DNA from: a virus
Lineage: Duplodnaviria > Heunggongvirae > Uroviricota > Caudoviricetes
Strand: one strand, 5' to 3'
IMG/VR virus record: IMGVR_UViG_3300029033_000094
Span: 1-6,554 of that record
DNA length: 6,554 nt
A program made the translations under genes and the position numbers. Shown piece by piece: positions 1 through 6,554 of the stretch (position 1 is its first letter; the number at the start of each line of letters is the position of its first letter). Under the pieces are notes generated by a model. The model ran no database searches. It worked only from the letters and a program-made list of their open reading frames with translations, and had not been told where the DNA came from.

Positions 1-2124
1 ACGAAGATGGATGCCTTTGGCTGTACCAGCCGGGGGCAGGCACACCGCGCCGGGCTGTGGCTGATTAAAACGGAGCTGCTGGAAACGCAGACGGTGGACT
101 TCAGCGTGGGTGCCGAAGGGCTTCGCCATGTGCCGGGCGATGTCATTGAAATCTGTGATGATGACTATGCCGGTATCAGCACCGGCGGGCGCGTGCTGGC
201 GGTAAACAGCCAGACCCGGACGCTGACGCTCGACCGTGAAATCACGCTGCCATCCTCCGGTACCACGCTGATAAGCCTGGTTGACGGAAGTGGCAATCCG
301 GTCAGCGTGGAGGTTCAGTCCGTCACCGACGGCGTGAAGGTGAAAGTGAGCCGTGTTCCTGACGGCGTTGCCGAATACAGCGTGTGGGGACTGAAGCTGC
401 CGACGCTGCGCCAGCGCCTGTTCCGCTGCGTGAGTATCCGTGAGAACGACGACGGCACGTATGCCATCACCGCCGTGCAGCATGTACCTGAAAAAGAGGC
501 CATCGTGGATAACGGGGCGCACTTTGACGGCGACCAGAGCGGCACGGTGAATGGTGTCACGCCGCCAGCGGTGCAGCACCTGACCGCCGAAGTCATCGCA
601 GACAGCGGGGAATATCAGGTGCTGGCGCGCTGGGACACGCCGAAGGTGGTGAAGGGCGTGAGCTTCCAGCTCCGTCTGACCGTAACAGCGGATGACGGCA
701 GTGAGCGGCTGGTCAGCACGGCCCGGACGACGGAAACCACATACCGCTTCACGCAGCTGGCGCTGGGGAACTACAGGCTGACAGTCCGGGCGGTAAATGC
801 GTGGGGGCAGCAGGGCGATCCGGCGTCGGTATCGTTCCGGATTGCCGCACCGGCAGCGCCGTCACAGATTGAGCTGACGCCGGGCTATTTTCAGATAACC
901 GCCACGCCGCATCTTGCGGTTTCTGACCCGACGGTACAGTTTGAGTTCTGGTTCTCGGAAAAGCGGATTACCGATATCAGGCAGGTTGAAACCACAGCCC
1001 GCTATCTTGGCACGGCGCTGTACTGGATAGCCGCCAGTATCAATATCAAACCGGGCCATGATTATTACTTTTATATCCGCAGTGTGAACACCGTTGGCAA
1101 ATCGGCATTCGTGGAGGCCGTCGGTCGGGCGAGCGATGATGCGGAAGGTTACCTGGATTTTTTCAAAGGCAAGATAACCGAATCCCATCTCGGCAAGGAG
1201 CTGCTGGAAAAAGTCGAGCTGACGGAGGATAACGCCAGCAGACTGGAGGAGTTTTCGAAAGAGTGGAAGGACGCCAACGATAAGTGGAATGCCATGTGGG
1301 CTGTCAAAATTGAGCAGACCAAAGACGGCAAACATTATGTCGCGGGTATTGGCCTCAGCATGGAGGACACGGAGGAAGGCAAACTGAGTCAGTTTCTGGT
1401 TGCCGCTAACCGTATCGCATTTATTGACCCGGCAAACGGGAATGAAACGCCGATGTTTGTGGCGCAGGGCAATCAGATATTCATGAACGACGTGTTCCTG
1501 AAGCGCCTGACGGCCCCCACCATTACCAGTGGTGGCAGTCCTCCGGTATTTTCCCTGACATCAGACGGAAAGCTGACCGCTAAAAATGCGGATATCAGTG
1601 GCAGTGTGAATGCGAACGCCGGGACGCTCAACAATGTCACGGTAAATGAAAACTGTACGATTAAGGGCATGCTGGAGGCGACTCAGGTCAGAGGTGACTT
1701 CGTTAAAGCTGTATCCAAATCATTCCCGAAACAGGCTGGTACGTGGGGTAATACGGAAACACCAAACGGGACGGTTACAGTCACCATCAGCGATGATCAT
1801 AACTTTGACCGTCAAATCATTATTCCGCCCATTATCTTTAACGGAATAGCGTATAGCGATCCGGGAAGTGGTAATAACCCGGGAGGTACAAGATACACGG
1901 GGTATGGTTTTGAAGTTCGCAAAAACGGTGTATTAATCGCATCCAGAGAAACTAAAGGGGCCATTCCCGGTAGCTACAGTGCGGTTATTGATATGCCTAG
2001 TGGCAGGGGAAGCGTCACTCTGGAGTTTAAGGTTTTCCATAAAGGCAATCAGCGGGCAGGTAATATCACCGACTGTACGGTGATTGTGACCAAAAAAGCC
2101 GCTTCCGGCATCAGTATTCGTTGA
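1..2124 (+). CDS. J: Tail tip host-specificity protein J, C-terminal ~705 codons; 5'-partial, gene continues upstream of the window
   Basis: Frame is open from nt 1 to TGA at 2122-2124; the ATG at nt 7 is an internal Met, not the start. The translation reads as the central and C-terminal part of lambda-type J, including beta-rich FN3-like repeat segments (e.g. ...[27 protein letters not shown]...). Gene order J-lom-stf-tfa matches lambda. Identity is by recognition, not search. Confidence 0.88.
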   Translation, partial: TKMDAFGCTSRGQAHRAGLWLIKTELLETQTVDFSVGAEGLRHVPGDVIEICDDDYAGISTGGRVLAVNSQTRTLTLDREITLPSSGTTLISLVDGSGNPVSVEVQSVTDGVKVKVSRVPDGVAEYSVWGLKLPTLRQRLFRCVSIRENDDGTYAITAVQHVPEKEAIVDNGAHFDGDQSGTVNGVTPPAVQHLTAEVIADSGEYQVLARWDTPKVVKGVSFQLRLTVTADDGSERLVSTARTTETTYRFTQLALGNYRLTVRAVNAWGQQGDPASVSFRIAAPAAPSQIELTPGYFQITATPHLAVSDPTVQFEFWFSEKRITDIRQVETTARYLGTALYWIAASINIKPGHDYYFYIRSVNTVGKSAFVEAVGRASDDAEGYLDFFKGKITESHLGKELLEKVELTEDNASRLEEFSKEWKDANDKWNAMWAVKIEQTKDGKHYVAGIGLSMEDTEEGKLSQFLVAANRIAFIDPANGNETPMFVAQGNQIFMNDVFLKRLTAPTITSGGSPPVFSLTSDGKLTAKNADISGSVNANAGTLNNVTVNENCTIKGMLEATQVRGDFVKAVSKSFPKQAGTWGNTETPNGTVTVTISDDHNFDRQIIIPPIIFNGIAYSDPGSGNNPGGTRYTGYGFEVRKNGVLIASRETKGAIPGSYSAVIDMPSGRGSVTLEFKVFHKGNQRAGNITDCTVIVTKKAASGISIR

Positions 2125-2144
2125 AATTGTTATAACCCATATAA

Positions 2145-2170
2145 GGGCACCAGAAATGGTGCCTTTTTTA
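2145..2170 (+). terminator. Candidate rho-independent terminator between J and lom
   Basis: Stem GGCACCA (2146-2152) pairs with TGGTGCC (2157-2163) around a GAAA tetraloop (2153-2156), followed directly by TTTTTT (2164-2169). It sits 21 nt after the J stop. Orientation fits + strand transcription only. Confidence 0.6.
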
Positions 2171-2182
2171 TTGCAGAAAAGC

Positions 2183-2188
2183 GAGAGG
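2183..2188 (+). promoter_or_regulatory. Shine-Dalgarno-like element for lom
   Basis: GAGAGG lies 5 nt upstream of the lom ATG at 2194. Confidence 0.5.
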
Positions 2189-2193
2189 TAATT

Positions 2194-2793
2194 ATGCGTA
2201 AACTTTATGCCGCCATTTTTTCCGCAGCCATTTGTCTGGCCGTATCCGGTGCGCCTGCATGGGCATCTGAACATCAGTCCACGCTGAGCGCGGGGTATCT
2301 TCATGCCTCGACGAACGTTCCCGGCAGCGATGATCTTAACGGGATTAACGTGAAATACCGTTATGAGTTTACGGATACGCTGGGGCTGGTGACGTCATTC
2401 AGCTATGCAGGAGACAAGAATCGCCAGCTGACCCATTACAGCGATACCCGCTGGCATGAAGATTCCGTTCGTAACCGCTGGTTCAGCGTGATGGTGGGGC
2501 CGTCTGTGCGCGTGAATGAATGGTTCAGCGCGTATGCGATGGCGGGTGTGGCTTACAGCCGTGTGTCGACTTTCTCCGGGGATTATCTCCGCGTAACTGA
2601 CAACAAGGGGAAAACGCACGATGTGCTGACCGGAAGTGATGACGGTCGCCACAGCAACATGTCTCTGGCGTGGGGGGCTGGCGTGCAGTTTAACCCGACC
2701 GAATCCGTGGCCATTGATGTCGCTTATGAAGGCTCCGGCAGTGGCGACTGGCGCACTGACGGTTTCATCGTGGGTGTCGGTTATAAGTTCTGA
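2194..2793 (+). CDS. lom: Lom-like outer membrane protein (Ail/Lom/OmpX/PagC family 8-strand beta-barrel), 199 aa
   Basis: ATG at 2194 with upstream SD. N-terminal signal peptide MRKLYAAIFSAAICLAVSGAPAWA with an AxA cleavage motif. The C-terminal half (...SAYAMAGVAYSR...VDVAYEGSGSGDWRTDGFIVGVGYKF) is near-identical in pattern to lambda Lom and ends in the C-terminal Phe typical of OM beta-barrels. Position between J and stf matches lambda. Confidence 0.85.
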   Translation: MRKLYAAIFSAAICLAVSGAPAWASEHQSTLSAGYLHASTNVPGSDDLNGINVKYRYEFTDTLGLVTSFSYAGDKNRQLTHYSDTRWHEDSVRNRWFSVMVGPSVRVNEWFSAYAMAGVAYSRVSTFSGDYLRVTDNKGKTHDVLTGSDDGRHSNMSLAWGAGVQFNPTESVAIDVAYEGSGSGDWRTDGFIVGVGYKF

Positions 2794-2819
2794 TTAGCCA
2801 GGTAACACAGTGTTATGAC

Positions 2820-2846
2820 AGCCCGCCGGTTCTGGCGGGCTTTTTT
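2820..2846 (+). terminator. Candidate rho-independent terminator downstream of lom
   Basis: GC-rich stem AGCCCGCC (2820-2827) pairs with GGCGGGCT (2834-2841) around loop GGTTCT, running into TTTTTT (2841-2846). It lies 27 nt after the lom stop and 12 nt before the stf ATG. Confidence 0.65.
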
Positions 2847-2848
2847 GT

Positions 2849-2855
2849 GGGGTGA
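2849..2855 (+). promoter_or_regulatory. Shine-Dalgarno-like element for stf
   Basis: GGGGTGA ends 2 nt before the ATG at 2858 (the GG core is about 5 nt upstream). Confidence 0.45.
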
Positions 2856-2857
2856 AT

Positions 2858-5800
2858 ATGGCAGTAAAGATTTCAGGTGTACTGAAAGACGGTGCAGGTA
2901 AACCGGTACAGAACTGTACAATCCAGCTGAAAGCAAAACGTAACAGCACCACGGTGGTGGCGAACACGGTGGCCTCAGAAAATCCGGATGAAGCCGGGCG
3001 TTACAGCATGGACGTTGAGTACGGTCAGTACAGCGTTATTCTGTTGGTGGAAGGATTCCCGCCGTCACATGCCGGGACCATCACCGTGTATGAAGATTCC
3101 CGACCCGGTACGCTGAATGATTTTCTCGGTGCCATGACGGAGGATGATGCCCGTCCGGAGGCTCTGCGCCGTTTTGAACTGATGGTGGAAGAGGTGGCGC
3201 GTAACGCGTCCGCAGTGGCACAGAACACGGCAGCCGCGAAGAAGTCAGCCAGTGATGCCAGCACATCTGCCAGTGAGGCGGCAACTCATACAACCGATGC
3301 TGCAGGCTCAGCTCGTGCCGCCAGCACGTCAGCCGGACAGGCTGCATCATCTGCTCAGTCAGCATCTTCCAGCGCAGGAACGGCATCAACAAAGGCCAGT
3401 GAAGCATCGAAAAGTGCTGCTGCTGCAGAGTCCTCAAAAAGCGCGGCAGCTACCAGTGCCGCTGCGGCGAAAACGTCAGAAACGAATGCGGCAGCGTCAC
3501 AACAATCAGCAGCCACTTCTGCATCCGCCGCGACCACGAAGGCGTCAGAAGCTGCCACCTCAGCCCGGGATGCGGCGGCCTCAAAAGAGGCGGCAAAATC
3601 ATCAGAAACGAGCGCAGCCTCGAGCGCCAGTAGTGCAGCCTCCTCGGCAACAGCGGCAGGAAATTCCGCGAAGGCGGCAAAAACGTCCGAGACGAACGCT
3701 AAGTCTTCTGAGACGGCAGCAGCACAGAGTGCCTCCGCAGCAGCAGACTCAAAAACAGCGGCTGCCTCATCTGCCAGCGCCGCGTCAACAAATGCCGGGC
3801 AGGCCTCAGCCAGTGCCACCGCTGCCGGAAAGTCGGCAGAAAGCGCCGCATCATCCGCTTCAACAGCCACAACGAAGGCTGGCGAAGCCACTGAACAGGC
3901 CACGGCAGCAGCGAGGTCAGCTTCCGCAGCGAAGACATCCGAAACGAACGCGAAAGCGTCGGAAACCAGCGCAGAATCCTCAAAAACGGCTGCCGCATCG
4001 TCAGCCAGTTCGGCGGCGTCATCGGCATCATCTGCGTCTGCTTCAAAAGATGAGGCGACCAGACAGGCGTCAGCAGCGAAGGGCAGCGCCACGACGGCAT
4101 CCACGAAGGCGACAGAGGCAGCTGGCAGTGCGACGGCGGCAGCACAGAGCAAAAGTACAGCAGAATCCGCGGCAACGCGCGCTGAGACAGCAGCAAAACG
4201 GGCAGAGGATATTGCATCCGCCGTGGCGCTTGAGGATGCGAGCACGACGAAAAAGGGGATAGTACAGCTCAGCAGTGCGATCGACAGCACTTCCGAGTCA
4301 CTGGCAGCAACGCCAAAAGCAGTTAAGGCCGCGTATGACCTGGCTAACGGGAAATACACCGCACAGGATGCAACGACAGCACAGAAAGGGATAGTTCAGC
4401 TCAGCAGCGCGACCAACAGCACGTCTGAAACGCTGGCGGCAACGCCAAAGGCAGTAAAAGCAGCCAATGACAATGCTGAGAAACGTCTGCAGAAAGATCA
4501 GAACGGTGCGGATATCCCTGGCAAAGACACCTTTACGAAAAATATTGGTGCCTGCCGCGCCTTCGGTGGGTCAGTAAGCACAACAACAGGAGACTGGACG
4601 ACTGCACAGTTTATCGAGTGGCTGGATTCTCAGGGAGCATTTAACCATCCATACTGGATGTGCAAGGGTTCCTGGTCTTATGGCAATAATAAAATCATTA
4701 CTGATACTGGCTGCGGTAATATTCATCTCGCCGGAGCTGTCATTGAAGTAATGGGGATAAAGTCAGCGATGACGATCCGCATTACCACACCGACCACCTC
4801 CACTGGTGGTGGAACAACTAACGCCCAGTTTACCTATATTAATCACGGAACAGATTATTCACCTGGCTGGCGAAGGGACTATAACTCCAGAAATAAGCCA
4901 ACGGCATCAGAGATCGGGGCGTTACCGTCAGGTGGAACAGCAGTATCATCAGTTAATCTGGCTTCAAAAGGTCGGGTAATCGCGCTGACAGACAATACGC
5001 AGGGGGCAACAGGTCTTGAGTTATACGAGGTGTATAACAACGGATATCCAACAGCGTATGGAAATATCATTCACCTGAAAGGGATGACAGCCGTTGGCGA
5101 AGGTGAGTTACTCATCGGCTGGAGTGGTACAAGCGGTGCTCATGCTCCGGCATTTATTCGTTCACGACGGGATACGACCGATGCAAACTGGTCGCCGTGG
5201 GCGCAGCTTTACACCTCAGCTCATCCTCCTGCAGAGTTTTATCCAGTCGGTGCACCAATCCCGTGGCCATCAGATACCGTTCCGTCTGGCTATGCCCTGA
5301 TGCAGGGGCAGACTTTTGACAAATCTGCTTACCCGAAACTTGCAGCCGCTTATCCGTCAGNNNNNNNNNNNNNNGGCTGGACGATTAAGGGCAAACCTGC
5401 CAGTGGTCGAGCCGTATTATCTCAGGAACAGGACGGCATTAAATCGCACACCCACAGCGCCAGCGCATCCAGTACGGATTTGGGGACGAAAACCACATCG
5501 TCGTTTGATTACGGCACTAAATCCACGAATAACACCGGGGCACATACACACAGTGTGAGCGGCTCTACAAACTCGGCTGGAGCACACACACACTCACTAG
5601 CCAACGTGAACACGGCTAGTGCTAACTCCGGTGCTGGTAGTGCATCAACAAGATTGTCTGTTGTGCATAATCAAAACTATGCAACATCATCTGCTGGCGC
5701 ACATACCCACTCACTGTCCGGCACTGCTGCAAGCGCAGGTGCACACGCACATACTGTCGGTATTGGTGCTCATACGCACTCGGTTGCGATTGGCTCACAT

Positions 5801-5887
5801 GGACACACCATCACCGTTAACGCTGCTGGTAACGCGGAAAACACCGTCAAAAACATCGCATTTAACTACATTGTGAGGCTTGCATAA
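2858..5887 (+). CDS. stf: Side tail fibre protein Stf, 1009 aa; contains a 14-nt N-run at 5361-5374, so continuity is unverified there
   Basis: ATG at 2858 gives N-terminus [26 protein letters not shown]..., which matches the lambda Stf N-terminus as I recall it; an in-frame GTG at 2852 is a less likely alternative start. One frame stays open to TAA at 5885-5887. Contents: Ala/Ser/Thr-rich shaft, two tail-fibre repeats (GIVQLSS...[11 protein letters not shown]), and a His-x-His-rich C-terminal tip ending ...[11 protein letters not shown]. The stop overlaps the tfa start. Confidence 0.85.
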   Translation: MAVKISGVLKDGAGKPVQNCTIQLKAKRNSTTVVANTVASENPDEAGRYSMDVEYGQYSVILLVEGFPPSHAGTITVYEDSRPGTLNDFLGAMTEDDARPEALRRFELMVEEVARNASAVAQNTAAAKKSASDASTSASEAATHTTDAAGSARAASTSAGQAASSAQSASSSAGTASTKASEASKSAAAAESSKSAAATSAAAAKTSETNAAASQQSAATSASAATTKASEAATSARDAAASKEAAKSSETSAASSASSAASSATAAGNSAKAAKTSETNAKSSETAAAQSASAAADSKTAAASSASAASTNAGQASASATAAGKSAESAASSASTATTKAGEATEQATAAARSASAAKTSETNAKASETSAESSKTAAASSASSAASSASSASASKDEATRQASAAKGSATTASTKATEAAGSATAAAQSKSTAESAATRAETAAKRAEDIASAVALEDASTTKKGIVQLSSAIDSTSESLAATPKAVKAAYDLANGKYTAQDATTAQKGIVQLSSATNSTSETLAATPKAVKAANDNAEKRLQKDQNGADIPGKDTFTKNIGACRAFGGSVSTTTGDWTTAQFIEWLDSQGAFNHPYWMCKGSWSYGNNKIITDTGCGNIHLAGAVIEVMGIKSAMTIRITTPTTSTGGGTTNAQFTYINHGTDYSPGWRRDYNSRNKPTASEIGALPSGGTAVSSVNLASKGRVIALTDNTQGATGLELYEVYNNGYPTAYGNIIHLKGMTAVGEGELLIGWSGTSGAHAPAFIRSRRDTTDANWSPWAQLYTSAHPPAEFYPVGAPIPWPSDTVPSGYALMQGQTFDKSAYPKLAAAYPSXXXXXGWTIKGKPASGRAVLSQEQDGIKSHTHSASASSTDLGTKTTSSFDYGTKSTNNTGAHTHSVSGSTNSAGAHTHSLANVNTASANSGAGSASTRLSVVHNQNYATSSAGAHTHSLSGTAASAGAHAHTVGIGAHTHSVAIGSHGHTITVNAAGNAENTVKNIAFNYIVRLA
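3205..4250 (+). repeat. Ala/Ser/Thr-rich low-complexity repeat region encoding the Stf shaft
   Basis: About 350 codons dominated by GCN, TCN, AGC and ACN codons. The motif AAKTSETNA recurs three times (about nt 3464, 3674, 3926; spacings 210 and 252 nt), and [10 protein letters not shown]-type stretches recur. Copies differ at synonymous positions, so the repeats are old rather than recent slippage. Confidence 0.8.
4252..4470 (+). repeat. Tandem pair of phage tail-fibre repeats within stf
   Basis: [30 protein letters not shown] (from about 4252) and [30 protein letters not shown] (from about 4384) are in frame, 129 nt (43 codons) apart. The copies are diverged at both nucleotide and amino-acid level. 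Confidence 0.8.
5361..5374. other. Run of 14 ambiguous bases (N) inside stf: sequencing gap or masked bases
   Basis: Literal n characters in the sequence. The stf frame is sensible on both sides (...AAYPS / GWTIKGKP...) and in phase only if the true segment length is 2 mod 3, as 14 is. Confidence 0.95.
5443..5816 (+). other. His-x-His motif-rich C-terminal tip domain of Stf (seven HxH motifs)
   Basis: Seven motifs in order: SHTHS, AHTHS, AHTHS, AHTHS, AHAHT, AHTHS, SHGHT, separated by Gly/Ser/Thr/Ala-rich linkers. This is the pattern of the T4 gp37-type fibre tip. Confidence 0.7.
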
Positions 5888-6471
5888 TGGCATTCAGAAT
5901 GAGTGAACAACCACGGACCATAAAAATTTATAATCTGCTGGCCGGAACTAATGAATTTATTGGTGAAGGTGATGCATATATTCCGCCTCATACAGGTCTG
6001 CCAGCAAACAGTACCGATATTGCACCGCCAGATATTCCGGCAGGCTTCGTGGCTGTTTTCAACAGTGATGAGGCATCGTGGCATCTCGTTGAAGACCATC
6101 GGGGTAAAACGGTTTATGACGTAGCGTCAGGGGACGCGTTATTTATTTCTGAACTCGGTCCGTTACCGGAAAATGTTACCTGGTTATCGCCGGAAGGGGA
6201 GTTTCAGAAGTGGAACGGCACAGCCTGGGTGAAAGATGCAGAAGCAGAAAAACTGTTCCGGATCCGAGAGGCGGAAGAAACAAAAAACAGCCTGATGCAG
6301 GTAGCCAGTGAGCATATTGCGCCACTTCAGGATGCTGTGGATCTGGAAATCGCAACGGAGGAAGAAACCTCATTGCTGGAAGCCTGGAAAAAGTATCGGG
6401 TGTTGCTGAACCGTGTTGATACATCAACTGCACCTGATATTGAGTGGCCTACGAACCCTGTCAGGGAGTAA
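5887..6471 (+). CDS. tfa: Tail fibre assembly protein Tfa, 194 aa
   Basis: ATG at 5887-5889 overlaps the stf TAA (5885-5887) as TAATG. The product [51 protein letters not shown]... is the same length as lambda Tfa (orf-194) and, from memory, near-identical to it. Stop TAA at 6469-6471. Confidence 0.9.
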   Translation: MAFRMSEQPRTIKIYNLLAGTNEFIGEGDAYIPPHTGLPANSTDIAPPDIPAGFVAVFNSDEASWHLVEDHRGKTVYDVASGDALFISELGPLPENVTWLSPEGEFQKWNGTAWVKDAEAEKLFRIREAEETKNSLMQVASEHIAPLQDAVDLEIATEEETSLLEAWKKYRVLLNRVDTSTAPDIEWPTNPVRE

Positions 6472-6482
6472 TCATTGGGATT

Positions 6483-6554
6483 ATGCCGCAGCACGTCTTA
6501 AGCAAGAACGTGCTGCGGTTGGATGCTATTTTTTCCCTGAAGCGGAAAACATTA
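6483..6554 (+). CDS. Possible start of a downstream ORF running off the window (MPQHVLSKNVLRLDAIFSLKRKTL...); speculative
   Basis: ATG at 6483 opens a frame with no stop before the window end (24 codons). The only SD-like sequence (GGGA, 6477-6480) is just 2 nt from the ATG, and the frame overlaps the inverted repeat. No recognisable product. Confidence 0.15.
   Translation, partial: MPQHVLSKNVLRLDAIFSLKRKTL
6486..6518. repeat. Perfect 10-bp inverted repeat (hairpin or protein-binding palindrome) just downstream of tfa
   Basis: CCGCAGCACG (6486-6495) and CGTGCTGCGG (6509-6518) are exact reverse complements around a 13-nt loop TCTTAAGCAAGAA, which itself contains the palindrome CTTAAG. A T6 run follows at 6529-6534, 10 nt past the stem. 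Confidence 0.6.

Noticed and set aside
862-1335. 157-aa antisense ORF inside J, plus smaller antisense or alternate-frame ORFs at 315-596, 1149-1331, 1473-1670, 1646-1849
   Set aside because: All are embedded in the well-supported J frame, have no SD or terminator context, and give non-protein-like composition.
2117-2150. Possible sigma70 promoter for lom (TTGAAA at 2121-2126, TATAAG at 2140-2145)
   Set aside because: Spacer is only 13 nt, far from the 16-18 nt optimum, and the predicted start would fall inside the terminator stem. The real lom promoter, if any, is probably further upstream in J.
1933-2304. 123-aa antisense ORF spanning the J end, the intergenic terminator and the lom start
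   Set aside because: Crosses a + strand terminator and overlaps two well-supported genes; Cys/Arg-rich product typical of noise.
2852-2857. GTG at 2852 as the stf start (as in the ORF track)
   Set aside because: The ATG at 2858 has better SD spacing and yields the MAVKISG... N-terminus characteristic of Stf; the GTG would add only two residues.
3252-4262. 336-aa + strand ORF in another frame, Arg/Pro/Gln-rich
   Set aside because: Lies wholly inside the GC-rich Ala/Ser repeat region of stf. The extreme low-complexity product is the expected off-frame reading of repetitive GCN/AGC codons; no independent start context.
3355-4359. 334-aa antisense ORF, Ala-rich
   Set aside because: Reverse-complement reading of the same repeat region; open only because stop codons are rare in GC-rich repeats. 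stf on the + strand has the coherent domain structure and operon context.
3205-4470. Considered whether the stf repeats could be a CRISPR array, or the variable region of a diversity-generating retroelement or invertible segment
   Set aside because: Repeats are in-frame coding units with synonymous divergence, not direct repeats with spacers. No reverse transcriptase, template repeat or invertase is visible in the window, though the sequence past 6554 was not available.
5316-5558. 80-aa + strand ORF in another frame running through the N-run
   Set aside because: Off-frame to stf, contains the ambiguous bases, and has no sensible composition.

Overview
This window is the distal end of a lambda-like (lambdoid) phage or prophage tail-fibre gene block, all on the + strand: the 3' two-thirds of the tail-tip host-specificity gene J (runs off the 5' edge), the outer-membrane 'moron' gene lom flanked by two intrinsic terminators, a long side tail fibre gene stf (1009 codons), and the tail fibre assembly gene tfa, whose ATG overlaps the stf stop (TAATG). 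Nothing in the window looks like a new multi-gene system; the interesting material is inside stf. It has an expanded Ala/Ser-rich shaft, a tandem pair of tail-fibre repeats, a lower-GC Cys-containing module I cannot assign, a 14-nt run of N, and a tip with seven His-x-His motifs. A perfect 10-bp inverted repeat lies just past tfa. Homology statements rest on reading the translations and on memory of the lambda J/Lom/Stf/Tfa proteins, not on a database search. Long ORFs in other frames or antisense to J and stf are judged artefacts.
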